Positions 49,489-62,951 of a stretch of 64,000 nucleotides of DNA are shown here, piece after piece. The notes beneath the pieces were generated by a model. The model was given only the letters and a program-made list of their open reading frames with translations. It was not told where the DNA came from and did not search any database. The stretch's first letter is position 1; each line of letters starts with the position of its first letter. Both the position numbers and the translations under genes were made by a program. The DNA comes from Fistulifera solaris (taxonomy: Eukaryota), in assembly GCA_030295235.1 (NCBI GenBank), contig AP026140.1:682001-746000 (forward strand), read 5' to 3'.

Positions 49489-52400
49489 CGCTCCTCGACT
49501 TCGGTGGGCGGAATCTCGCGGAGGGTGTCCACATGCTTGTAACCTAAAATGACATCTCTGAATTTACTGAAACAAACTTCCGTTCAGCGGTTTAGTGAAG
49601 AAATCCGCCAACATCATCAACGTAGGGCAATGTTTGATATCAATGCCCAAATCTCGAGTCCTATCCTTAATCCAGAAATATCGAATGTCAATGTGTCGTG
49701 ATTTTTGTCCCGCGGACATTCTACCATTTGTCTCCATTCTGATCGCGCTTTCATTGTCTTGTTCAAAAACAATTTCCTCCATCTTGTGTCCTTGAGCTTC
49801 CATGAACATTTTGGTCCACATGGTATGTGGTAGGTAATCACTAGCTCCAACTAACTCGGCTTCCGTCCGAACTTTTCGTATTCAACTTTTGTTTCGACGA
49901 CTTGCACATCAAACCTCCATTGCCTAGCGAAGTGATTCCTCCTGTATGACTTTTCATGTCGGGATGTACAGCGAAAGCGGCATCAACCCACGAGTGAAAT
50001 CTGTTCAAACTGTCGGCTCCAAGTGTATACGTCAAATCAATACTTCCTTTGATGTACTCCAACACTCGCTTGAGTTTCGCTTGATCCTGCTTCGTACTTT
50101 TTGTCACTCTAGTACAGAGGAATGACACCGGCAATAGAATATCCATCCGTCCACGTGTGGCCACATATAGCAATTTCGCCACGACGCTACGAAAAATTTC
50201 CGATTCATCTCCAACCAAAGGTTCCGATTCCTCATCAATATCAAAGAGATTCGATCTCGCTGGTGTTGTAGCCTCTCGGGTAATGTCCAATCCCGACTTC
50301 GTCAATACTTTCTTGTAGATAATCTTTCATCTGGATCTCCACGGTTCGGTTCGAATTCAACGAAATATCCATACCGAGGAACTTGTGCTTTTTCCACGTA
50401 ATCGACATCTTTCCAAACTTTGCTTCAATATCCTTGATAACTTGTGTCACGACTTCGGGATCTACGTGGGAAACTTTCATATCATCCACGTACCACGCGA
50501 TGGTGCATTGTTTTCCATTTATTTTCTTGTTCGCGATACAACTGTCGTACGGGTTCAATTCGAAACCCATATCGACCAATGACCCGGCGAACATCTCATA
50601 CCACAAAAGCGCACTGCAAACGCATCCGTACAAAGCTTTCAGCAGTTGCACGTACAACACTCGCTTGCCTCCTTCGATGGCAACAAATTCTTCATACTTT
50701 GGGTTCATCTTACACATGATATTGACGGACTCTCCGGTGAACTTCAGTAGTGTAAAGTCCGCCATATTAGCCTTCAAATATGCTCCGACGACATCAGCAA
50801 TAGCGACATCTCTTCCTTCATGCGCATCAACGATTAATGATAACAAAAGGGCATCTGTCGAAACGGTCGGAGAAGCTGTTTGCGATTTGTCGTAAAGGTC
50901 TTTTGCACGCTTCCATCGGCCACCGTCCGTCCTTTGATCCGTCCGTCGCGTTTCTTCGTGACTAAATTGATTGCGCGGCGCAGCTCGTTTTGTTCCGCTG
51001 TCAAATCTTTTGCGTGCATCGCCATGAACACTCCCAAATCTTCCAATTGCGCAAATTCATTCATTAAAGCTTGAACAGCGTCTTCTCCGGTAAAGTTTAA
51101 TCGCTGCTTTAGCCGTCAATTGCGCAAAGACTCGCTCAAAAATAATGTTTCGGAGTTCTTCGACGTTTCTCTTTCCTTTCGGGCTCACCATCATTTTTGC
51201 TTTCGTCGGCGACATGCATGGCCGCCTGAAATAAAACCGTTTGAAACAATACGGTCGGTGTCTCGTATGCTTTACTGCTGTGGGGCTCATCCATGGCCTC
51301 GATTAATCTTGCAGGAGGCCTAATAGAGGCCCTGTTTCTCAAATGGTACGTCGCTCCTTGCTCGTTGTCAATTACCGTCTCTTCCGGGTCGGCACCCTCA
51401 TTGGTATCATTTTCCGCTCCTTGCGCTTCATCAAATATCTCATCATTTCCCGCTCCTTGCACTTCCTCAAGCACAGGTTCATCTATATTGTCCGCTCCTT
51501 GCTCTTCCTCGAGTATTGGAGCTTGTTGTTCATCGTCGTCGTTGTCAAAGTTGTCATTATTTTCGTGGTCGTTATCGCCGTCGTCGGCATTTTCGATGCC
51601 GTTTTCATTGTCATCATTCGGGAAAGTTTCATTTTCGTTTTCATTATCGGGGAAATCATGGTTTGGGATGTGGGGTTCAAAGTTTTGGGGGTCTTCTTCT
51701 GTGGGTTCGGTGTCGTCAATTTCGATGCTGGGATCTTCCGCTCCTTGATCTGTCTCTAGATCGGAGACGAGATCACCAAATTCAGCATCGGGGTCGACGG
51801 TACCACCCCATTCAACAATCAACCCGGTTTTTTTGAATAAGTGGCTGTTTGTCTTGTGTCGCGAGCAGTTCAACTTGATTGACAACTGCTTCTGTGATGC
51901 GACAGACAGTCCATTGATGTCTAACAATCAGCTCTCCAGAGGCCAGTGACATGAAATAATATCGCGCCTCCGGCGTTTCCCGTGGAATTTAGTGCAATGG
52001 CGCCGTGTGTGCGAGAGCGGGGTGTATTGGACGGTTTCGGTGCGTCGTACACTTGGGCATAGGTTCCAAACTCGAGTTTCAACTTGTTGTAATCAGGTGG
52101 CGGGCTTCCTGTCATGATGGTTTCCGGCGAGATATCTTTTGAGACGCCATATTTCCAGGGGAAAATATTCAAACAATTCACCACGTGCATCATCAGGTGT
52201 CGAATGAAAACGGTAGGAAGTTTCTTGTAGGGGAGCCCATGAATGGTGGTTCGAGCTCTCTCCTTAATTGTTCTGTTGGATCGTTCTATCTCGGGAACAT
52301 GCGTATTTGGCGCGACAATGTCAAGTACAACCGGCCCTAAATCGTCGCGCAAGCATGCAAATTCGTTGTCGCCGTGAATTGCAGTAACTGGGAGGCCCCG

Positions 52401-54345
52401 ACTGCGGTAAATATCCAGCAGTCGCCGGATTTCCTTCAACATCACTGTTTTTGATCGATCCGGGACCGGCGCAATGGTGCGCCATCCAATATTCGGGATA
52501 TTGTCACTAGAAACGGAATTTTGTTGACAAAAACATAGTCAACTGCCAGCGTCCACGTGGTCGTGGTGCAGCAAGATTGACATTGGCACAGCAAGTCGGA
52601 CTTGATCCGGTACGTGTGCTGGAGGGGGTCCTGCTGTCGTGGTTCCTTTCAGTTTTGGAACATCGGGTCCATAGATGGTAACAGCTCGTCGCGCATCATC
52701 CACGGTCACAGGGGAGTTGTGAATTCTGTTGTTCCTCAAATAATCTTCAAATGCCGCGTGGCCAGGTCGATTAAGAATCTTGTACAATCGTTGAGCTTCA
52801 TCTGCAAGCTCCACTTGCCGTTTGGTGAACAGTTTCTTTGTCTCTTCTACGGTGAGTACAAAAGAATAGGCGCTAACAGACTGATTATTGTTAGGTTTAA
52901 AAACGTACAACCCACAGTCATGTTCTTCAAATCTCATCTGTGAACCGTCAAGGCGATGCACAATAAGTGCTGGCTCCACTGATGTGTCCATTGTGATTCG
53001 GCACACCTTTCTCACATCTTTCACCGACAGGATGTTGGCGATTGAATCTTGGTTGTACCATACAGGTCCTAAGTTCGGGAAGTCGCCGATCAAATGCGAG
53101 TCTTGGTGTCCGCCATTCGTTATAGCCCGCATCACATCACCACTGTCGCGAATGTTGCTCAAATAGTCCTTGTTATTGAATACTGACACGGATGACTGTG
53201 TATCTAGAAGGATCCACGCTTTATCTATGTGTCCAACCGCCTGCTAAGCCATCACGAAACCCATCGATAGCAAAGTAGTTTCTTTCTTGTTAGGTTCATT
53301 ACAATTTCCTGAGTAGTGCCCATAACTGTTACAATTGTAGCATAGGATGTCTGGATATGTTCTTCCGTCATTCCCTGCAATTACGCACACGTCGCCTTGA
53401 ACAAAAGTGTGGTTAGTAGCAGGAGTAGACCCCTTAGCTTGTTCAGTCTTGTTTCCTCCTTGATTGTGAGTCCCGCGCTGGTGCTGATGTGACTCGTTTA
53501 GCGGAACCTCGTACAAATTCACAAGTGCAAAAGCGGACGCCAGGTCTTGCGGGTAATTATCGTTTCCTTTTGCGAAGTCATTCTTGAGTTCACCCAAAAG
53601 TCGCCCGCCGTCCGATCCAGACCCTTTAGATACGCCCGTTCGCGATAGCGCAGTCCAGCGCGTAACTTTTACGGGCCGTCTCGCCTCCGACGGACGATGG
53701 GACGTTCTTCCAATCTCCCGTCACGCTCCCTCCACAGTGTTTCACAACGTCGGCTAGCGCTTTCAGCCTTTTCATGTATTCTTCGGGTGATTCTCTTGTT
53801 CCTTGTTCGCGGGTGTAAAAAGCAACTTTCGCTTCATGCTCGGATATCATGGGGTACGATGGTCGTCAAAATTCATAATGATGGCCTTGATTTGCGTCAG
53901 CAGCCACACACAGTCGTGTTCGTCGTGTTTTTCGTCGAAATCGGCCAGCGTCTTGATCTTGCCTTGCAGTGCTGCACTTGTTTGTCCCCACATAATAGCG
54001 TGTAAAGCAACATTGTTTGTCTCCAGTTTCATCTCTCTTTTGCGCACTCTGTCAATTTTGCCGCTCGAACCGCTTTCTTGTCGTCAGAGGCATCTGCCGG
54101 TAGCGGCTCGGGGTATTTCACTTCGGGCCTCTTCATTGGGTCTTGAAAAATGGACGCCAATTCCATGTATGACTCCTTCACTGTTCCTGTTTGTGCAACT
54201 TCCTTTAGCTTGTCTTTTGTCTTGGTGAACTGAGTCGGGTCATTGGCTTCCTCCGGTAGCTCGAAAACATGCCCATCCATTTCCTTGAAAGAGCCAGCGG
54301 AACTTTTTCGTCATCCCTTGATTGACTCCGCGACCTGCTGCACCA
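49290..54345 (-). pseudogene. gag-pol of copia B, broken by frameshifts
   Basis: Consecutive minus-strand ORFs with gag, PR, IN, RT and RNaseH motifs; 5' boundary approximate. Confidence 0.88.
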
Positions 54346-54472
54346 TTTCCTCTTCCGCCTTTACCTCCGCGGTTCTTGTTGCCTCCCCCTTCCAGCCGGT
54401 GCCGGTGCTGGAGAAGGACTTGCTCCTTCAGGCACTGGAGAGGACATTGTCTGTCAACCGGTCAAAAGTCTT

Positions 54473-54486
54473 TTGATTCGGATGAA
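54473..54486 (-). promoter_or_regulatory. Non-tRNA PBS of copia B (TTCATCCGAATCAA), complementary to the element's own LTR
   Basis: Directly follows the 5' LTR; exact reverse complement of 54629-54642. Confidence 0.75.
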
Positions 54487-54839
54487 TGTTGGAATCCACT
54501 TCCGGCTCGGAGCGACCTGCGGTGTTTAACTTGTAGATCTGTTAAGCTCCGAGCTTGTATAGTGAATAGGTAGAATCAATAGTCTCTTTCTTGTCTTTTC
54601 TTAGTCTTAGTTGTTACTGTCTACTGGATTCATCCGAATCAATGAGCACATTGATTCGGACGTGCTCTGGTCATTCCTCTTCCAGCCACTCGATCAGCCC
54701 ACGTTACCGACTTACTTGACTCGCCGATACCTCTGACTGTTCGAGTACTTAGATGCTCAACGTCAACGCCCTCTGCTAGTTTAAGCCTGACCGGGAAGTC
54801 GCTTTTTCAGTCACGACCGGGACTGGATTTTCTCCAACA
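54487..54839 (-). repeat. 5' LTR of copia B
   Basis: TGTTGGAG...TCCAACA on the element strand. Confidence 0.97.
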
Positions 54840-55259
54840 CCTTGCTTCTTTCATACTGCCTACTTGACACAGTACCTTCGCGTTGTATTTATGAGCCATC
54901 TTAATGTTGGTCATATCTTTTTGCTCATCGTGCACAACAACTGCCGGAGCGAAGAATTGTACTACAGCAGGTCGGTGTTTGTCAAGTATAAATTCAAATC
55001 GTTTCCACCCTTCCTGTGAACCAAACGTAGAAAAGCAAAGGAATCCGATGCTCAGGGGATAGATATCATCCTTTCTAAATTCCTCGATGTCTTTTTCAAT
55101 TGAGGTGACTTCTTGTAGATGACCCGCCGCCAAAAAACCTAGACCTCCTGCACGACACACTTCGCAAGCATTCAAAGCATTAACATGATTCGCCATCGGG
55201 GCACCCATAATGGGAAGACGAGCAGGAAATCGTCTCGTAAAACGTGTCGACCATGTCAT
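54840..55259 (-). pseudogene. Nitronate monooxygenase, 5' part
   Basis: LPIMGAPMA..AGGLGFL..QVGS; removing copia B and one TSD rejoins KEAR|MALDAGADG in frame. Confidence 0.9.
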
Positions 55260-55549
55260 TCTACAATAGATCGACGTTAAATTTTTCGCACTGTTGCAAT
55301 CCTTGCTAAAGCTTGTTATTATTTGAATTATCGCTTAGCATTACAAAAGACGGTATGCTCAAACAGTCTTTATGAGTCTAACGTGTTTTTCTTAGAAAAA
55401 ATCTTTTTGTTTTCGTTATGTTACTATGTGCACGGGTATCGGCCAGACTGTTAAAAGTTTATAAGCATACTACCAGCGAGCTGTGGAGGATATTTAATTT
55501 GTCAATTTGCCAGGGCTTCATAAAAAGTTTAATTTATTTGAGACCTAGT

Positions 55550-58140
55550 CTAAGCGGAAGAAGAAGCTATCGCAGCGGAATTCTGTCCGTCCATAATCAT
55601 AGCTCCCCCTTCACCCGCGGAGATGGTGGGCCTGGCCGGATTCATGCGGATCACTTCCTCAACAGTTAACAACACGCTTTGCAAAGCTTCCTGGTCCACT
55701 GGTTGCCCCATCAGACGGAGAAAACTCTTCACATGCGCAATGGCCATATCTGTACTCAAGTTTATGCACGAATCATCCATAAATTGCAAGATCCATTTCG
55801 GCAATTTCGATCGTTTGTCATGCCGCGTGTACCGACTGTCAGCGAGAATCATTAGCCCATAGTCTGTCTTACTACGTATGACACGTCCTACACATTGAGA
55901 TGCTTGTCGAAGTGCGTCAAAATTCAAAAAATCCTGCTCGCGAATCTGGTAATGTGTTTGTAAATACTCGAGGCGTGCTCGAAGAACGTGCGACAACGTA
56001 TACTGAAAAGGAACCCCAAATATGATCACGGCGCGCCCATAATGGCGGTCAAAGTTTATACCTTCCGACACCTTTCCTCGTGCGACAGATAGAAATACTG
56101 CTCCTCTGCCGCAATCACAGGCTCGGCGATAGTTATCAAGAGCCAACGTTGTTTCGACCACGTCTTTGGTTTCGATAAATACTAGCTTTGATTTGGTAAG
56201 TTCACGTAAGATACCAATGGCGTCCCATTCACTGATCAAAGACTCCATGTAGCTGTAGGAAGTGAAGAAAGCAACTACCCCATCCGGTATGGTGCTGCAC
56301 AGCTCAACCAGCATCGCGCCATAATTACGAACGACCCCCATGTCTCCGCGATCTTCGTATCTAGTCGACACGGCCAATTGATCGGATCCCCGCGTTATGA
56401 CTAGAGGTCTAATGCAAGGTCGAAACGTTGACATGGAAAGTGACTCAGAAATACATGGTTCGAACTGGAGCAGCTTCGGATATAGGTCGATTGGCGAAAG
56501 AGTGCCCGAAGTGATTATAACGCTCCCGAAACGTTTGAAAAGCGGCGCTATTGCCAGAGAAGAATCAAGGCACGCAAGTTGAATCACTGGGTCTGTAACA
56601 CCGGGGATCGCAGAGCTATTGGGTTCCATAATGATCGCGAATTTCGCAACCCCCTCGCTGTAGGTTGCCAATAAACTAACAAAATCTGCAATGTCCGTCA
56701 AAGCGTTGTAATCGTCCAAATTCGACACTTGTAGTGTGCGGAGGAGAGAGGAAAGTCTCGAGTAAGCAAACTTTAACGGCTTGGTCTCTAAGCTAGTTCC
56801 ATTCGTCATACGATGCAAAAAGGCGAGCGGCGTTTCGCTCCGAACCCCGCCAGTAGGACCTGCCACGGATCGTAATCTAGTCTTCAAATGTTCTACAACT
56901 TTTCTCATGAACTGAACAAAATGCTCTGCTCGGCGAATATTACCAGGTACAGCTTCATTCAGCACATCCGGATCGAGCACATTCTAGACAATTAGTGGCA
57001 ATTGAGTGAGCACACAACTTAGCTCGCCAAAGCATGACCGTCTACACTTACACTTGCGAGAGCAGCATCATTTGCAGGAGCTTGTATCAGACCCTGGTCG
57101 ATCAAGCCATTGACCAAATTTTGATATTCTTGCTGCAATCTCTGACTATCGGACGCTTTCAGACGTGAGACTTCGGAACTCAACCTTCCCAAGGAACGCG
57201 TTGCTTGTTCTAAGCCACGATCATTGATCGTGACCGACAAAGCTTCAATGCAAACCGAGTCGATGTTGTGCGCTTCATCGAAAACAACGATACTTTCCGC
57301 GCCAAGTTCCTTGGAAACCAATTTTGCCACCTTGGGATCCAACATGTACTGATAGTTGAACACGAGAATATTAGCGTGATTGATCGCCTGTCGCGTCAAA
57401 TAATAAGGACACCAGCCACGCGACTTGCCCCATTTCTGCAATTCATCCAAATCATACACACCACTGGGCATACTGGTGCTTTCCCCGGCTGCTTGGAAGT
57501 TATCGTAATAAGCACACGTTTCCATCGACCCCGGTTTCTTCTGACTGGCTTCAATGACCCACGAGGCTGTCATACTTCGACACGCCGAATCCACCGCTTC
57601 TCGATCGCTTTCGGCCATAACTCGCTCGTGAATGCACATATTCCGTCGACTACTCAAACACAGCGCCAATACTCCACTTCCCCCGGCTCCGGCCCGACTG
57701 CTGGACGGACCCATCGGCGCCTTCCCCGATTCCTTCCGTCGGTACACTTTCCGAGCTCGTTTGCTACTTCGTTCTGTTGCTGTTCCACCAATATCTTCCA
57801 TATCTCCCGAAGGGCGTGTGATCTCTACTTCGGACGGCTCTTCGGGATGGAGCATTCTGGCCCTGTAATCAAGAACCGTCGCCAATTCTTCCATGACGTG
57901 ATTCATTTCGGGTACAGTTCGTGTGCAGTAAATCAGCTTCCCAGCTGAAGGATTGGCGTATTGATAGGATGTTATTAGTGATAACAAGCAGACTGTCTTT
58001 CCTGTACCAGTTGGCATTTCGAGTAAGCAATGGCCTCCCGCATCGAGCGATTGTTTGAGGCATCGCATGTATTGATGCTGCTCTAAATAAATCCGATCGT
58101 ACGGAAAGAAGACTTCCAAGCCATCCAAGTTGAATCTCAT
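55550..58140 (-). CDS. ERCC2: TFIIH helicase XPD/RAD3 with one intron (56984-57051)
   Basis: EMPTGTGKT, Fe-S cysteines, FDEAHNID, SGTLSP, RGKVSEG and QCVGRVIR. Confidence 0.97.
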
Positions 58141-58892
58141 TTTACAACTGGAAATAGATCAGTATCAACTGTTAAGTGCTTCAATTAATGACAAAAGAAG
58201 TGAAGAGAAGTAACGTACAAAATGCAAAAAATCTGCCGCCATTGTGATTGACACGGAAAGTGAGGGCGGAGAAAAAGGATGTGCGGTCCTTCCGTCTCAT
58301 TGCACATATTTTATTTATCGCATTATTTCGCAATTTCCATGTACTTTTCGAAGTATAGTGAACTGGTGTCCTCAGACGCCCCCACTTTGTAATCTTTCAC
58401 GTTCCACACACACTTTTTGCTTTTGCGAACCATCATCAAGCAATAGCTAGAATCAGCACTAACACCCTTTTAAAACTAATATCAATTATCTACAGCGGGT
58501 CAATTGAATCATTCCGGTTTTTTATCATTTCGTTGAGGAATGATAATGCAAAACGTCTGGAGTAAGGATTGCAATCATTTGGTTATTTAGTTGAATTTTC
58601 CATTTGCTAGTTGCCTACCGTCTCACTAAAATTGCTTCTTCTCTTGCATTTTTCCAGAGAAGACTGTGGTGAGGCGGGATCGATGGGCCGTATGTCATTC
58701 TTTGAAATCCCTTGTGGATCACCTTTTTCGTTTTGTATCAAACTAGTTTTTTTGACCAGATACTCGGATAGAGCAAAAACATTTTGCCGCAATGAAATCG
58801 GATTGATTAGAGCCAGAATGAAAAAGTCTTTTGAGATTGATTGTTAGTTGCGCGTTCGACGTTCGACCGTTACCCGTTACCCGTACTTATAT

Positions 58893-58950
58893 GTTCCACG
58901 TGGAACTGACGTTTCTCCTCGTATGTAGATTTTCTACCAGTCACTGACGT
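58893..58950. promoter_or_regulatory. Candidate bZIP/aureochrome-type motifs upstream of cpn60
   Basis: 14-bp palindrome GTTCCACGTGGAAC (G-box core) followed by TGACGT at 58907 and 58945. Confidence 0.35.
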
Positions 58951-59096
58951 ACGGAGGAGGCAGGATCTTGTTGTCGGTCCATCTCAAAGAAGACGATCCG
59001 CCAATCCACCGTCACCATCCATCAACAACTCCATTATCCTTCACCAATTGTCGTCGACTCGACCGGATACTGTTTTATTGCTTATAGAATTGCTAA

Positions 59097-60960
<1,864 letters not shown>

Positions 60961-61042
60961 GGCTTGAATATCGGCTAGTAAATAAATAGTTCTTTAGTTG
61001 TTAGAGAGTGCTACAGTTAACTAATACTAAAAAGTTCCCTAT

Positions 61043-62578
61043 CTAGTATCTGCCACCAAACTTGTCATTTAACTTTGACCTTCCACTCCCATCTTGATCT
61101 CTTGGAGGACGCCACACATCCGTCTCGCTGATCACGACAGGTTTTGCTGAGTTTATCGGGGGTACAACAGAAGGCGGTGGCATGGCAGGCCCCTTTATTA
61201 CTCTCTGTCGTTTGTCTGGGCGGTCCACCGATGGCTCAACATGTGCTGCGAATGGTGGAGGCGGCATGGTCGGTCGGGTAGACTGGGGTGGTGGTGGCAT
61301 AGATGGTTCAACACGGGGAACAGCGAGCGATGGCGGCGGCATGGATGTGATCATCTCTGTTGGTGGTGATGATGTAATGCTTTCATTTCTCTCTTCCACT
61401 CGAGCGATATCGGTTTCCGCCAAAGAACCCTTATCAATTCCGTTCATGCGATACAACTGAACACAGGGGTTGACAATTTTAAGTAGTCGCTCTAATTCTC
61501 CCAGACGTTCATTTAACTCTTTTTGCTTCATGACGAGTCGCTCTTTCTGCTCCACATTCATTTGAATATCATTTCGTACAAAGAAAAGTTCGTCTTCGTC
61601 ATTGAGTGATTCAGTACGTTGCTGCAGTTTTTCCAAATTGGTTTCAATTTGATCGATGCTTTCGGTCACACGCATCAACTCGGATTGGATTGCATTCCAC
61701 TTGATGCGCAAGGAATCTTCTGTTTCTCCCTCTGGATTCAGAGTGTTCTCATCGGCGACTTGTTTTGTGCGATCATCTACTTCATCCTCTTCCAGTATCT
61801 CCGCATTCATTTTCTTGTATGTTCCTATCCGAGTATTGTTATGATATGTTGCGATGTTCTGATCTAATTCGTTTTGCTTTTCGTCAATTTTTTCCTGCAA
61901 CTCTGTGATACGTTGTGAATTGCGTTGCAGTTGCTGTTCTTGTCCGGCTGTTAGTCCATCGTAACCTTTTTGCTGAATGCGATCCGATTCGTGCTGAATG
62001 TTGGCTAATTTCATGCGCAACGCTTGTATTTGTTCGTACCCATGCCGGAATATTTCGGGTATTTCTTCGTCTTCTTCTGAATGTTGCCTTCCTCTAACAG
62101 TGGGTTCGGCCTCGTCTCGTACGCCCATCGCATTTGGCACTCGAGTCGCCAGGTTAAGCTTTCGTTTCATTACATGATCCGCCGGCCCTTCCACACAATA
62201 CAATCGTGTCGAAGCACCAAATTGTAAAACATCCCCCGGCGAAACGACAATACCGCGAGCACCCGGCGTCGTCCGATTGCTTTCCTCTGAACCACACGCT
62301 TCGGGCGGCAATTTCCGTTTGTTGCAAAACGTCCCGTGCGTCGAACCCAAATCCCGCAACCACAATGTCCCCGAAAAATCAAAGGCCAATCGAGCATGCA
62401 GGCGCGAACAACTTTCGTGTGCCACGGGGATCTGGACCCAATCTTCGGCCCGTCCCACAAAGGTACAAGGACGACGCAAGGCGTGTTGCGCGATTGTGAC
62501 GCCTTGTTTGATTTCCGTCAAGGACCATGTCTCATCGGTGGGTGTTACGGCCCATGGTGGTGCTTGTGGATGTGGCAT
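61043..62578 (-). CDS. SLC4A1AP: Kanadaptin-like FHA-domain protein
   Basis: FHA motifs GR..HESCSRLHA..DLGSTHGT..FGASTR, coiled coils and C-terminal WRPP.DQDGSGRSKLNDKF. Confidence 0.8.
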   Translation of the reverse strand: MPHPQAPPWAVTPTDETWSLTEIKQGVTIAQHALRRPCTFVGRAEDWVQIPVAHESCSRLHARLAFDFSGTLWLRDLGSTHGTFCNKRKLPPEACGSEESNRTTPGARGIVVSPGDVLQFGASTRLYCVEGPADHVMKRKLNLATRVPNAMGVRDEAEPTVRGRQHSEEDEEIPEIFRHGYEQIQALRMKLANIQHESDRIQQKGYDGLTAGQEQQLQRNSQRITELQEKIDEKQNELDQNIATYHNNTRIGTYKKMNAEILEEDEVDDRTKQVADENTLNPEGETEDSLRIKWNAIQSELMRVTESIDQIETNLEKLQQRTESLNDEDELFFVRNDIQMNVEQKERLVMKQKELNERLGELERLLKIVNPCVQLYRMNGIDKGSLAETDIARVEERNESITSSPPTEMITSMPPPSLAVPRVEPSMPPPPQSTRPTMPPPPFAAHVEPSVDRPDKRQRVIKGPAMPPPSVVPPINSAKPVVISETDVWRPPRDQDGSGRSKLNDKFGGRY

Positions 62579-62951
62579 TTGTTGTTTCGTATTAGTTGTT
62601 GGTGATAAGAAGTGCAGTTATTGCATCGAGTTTGTTATCATATAACATTAGCATGTCGTGAAATACCAAAAGTGCTGGATAAAGACCCATTTCTCAAATC
62701 TACCAAACCAACTTCTTGACCACATGGCTTGTACTTTTCATCTCATACAGCCGAACGAAACCTACACACCAGTGGATAGTCCTTGGTACCTGGTACTGAT
62801 GCTACGCGGAAAACGGCGTCATTATTTTTTTTTTATTTTCTCCACTTTTTTTTCCTTTTGCGACGGCCGCGATGATGAATAAAGAATAAAGATCTTTCAA
62901 AAAACAGAAAACAAAGCCAAACAACACAATAAACAAGTGTAAGACGATATT

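Larger units (their letters stand above)
49138..54839 (-). mobile_element. Full-length Ty1/copia LTR retrotransposon B, inserted in the NMO gene
   Basis: ~352-bp TG..CA LTRs at 49138-49488 and 54487-54839; TSD CCTTG (49133-49137, 54840-54844); CYNC..GHYS.NC knuckle, LLD PR, DNEF/HVPEIER IN, YVDD RT and DAAFAVH/ADFFTKPL RNaseH. Confidence 0.97.

Noticed and set aside
54807..54839. NMO C-terminus CWRKSSPGRD
   Set aside because: Read-through into the inserted LTR, not native sequence
57268..57948. Long antisense ORFs (also 9513-10259, 8905-9522, 35531-35968, 59913-60320)
   Set aside because: Shadows of well-supported genes on the other strand
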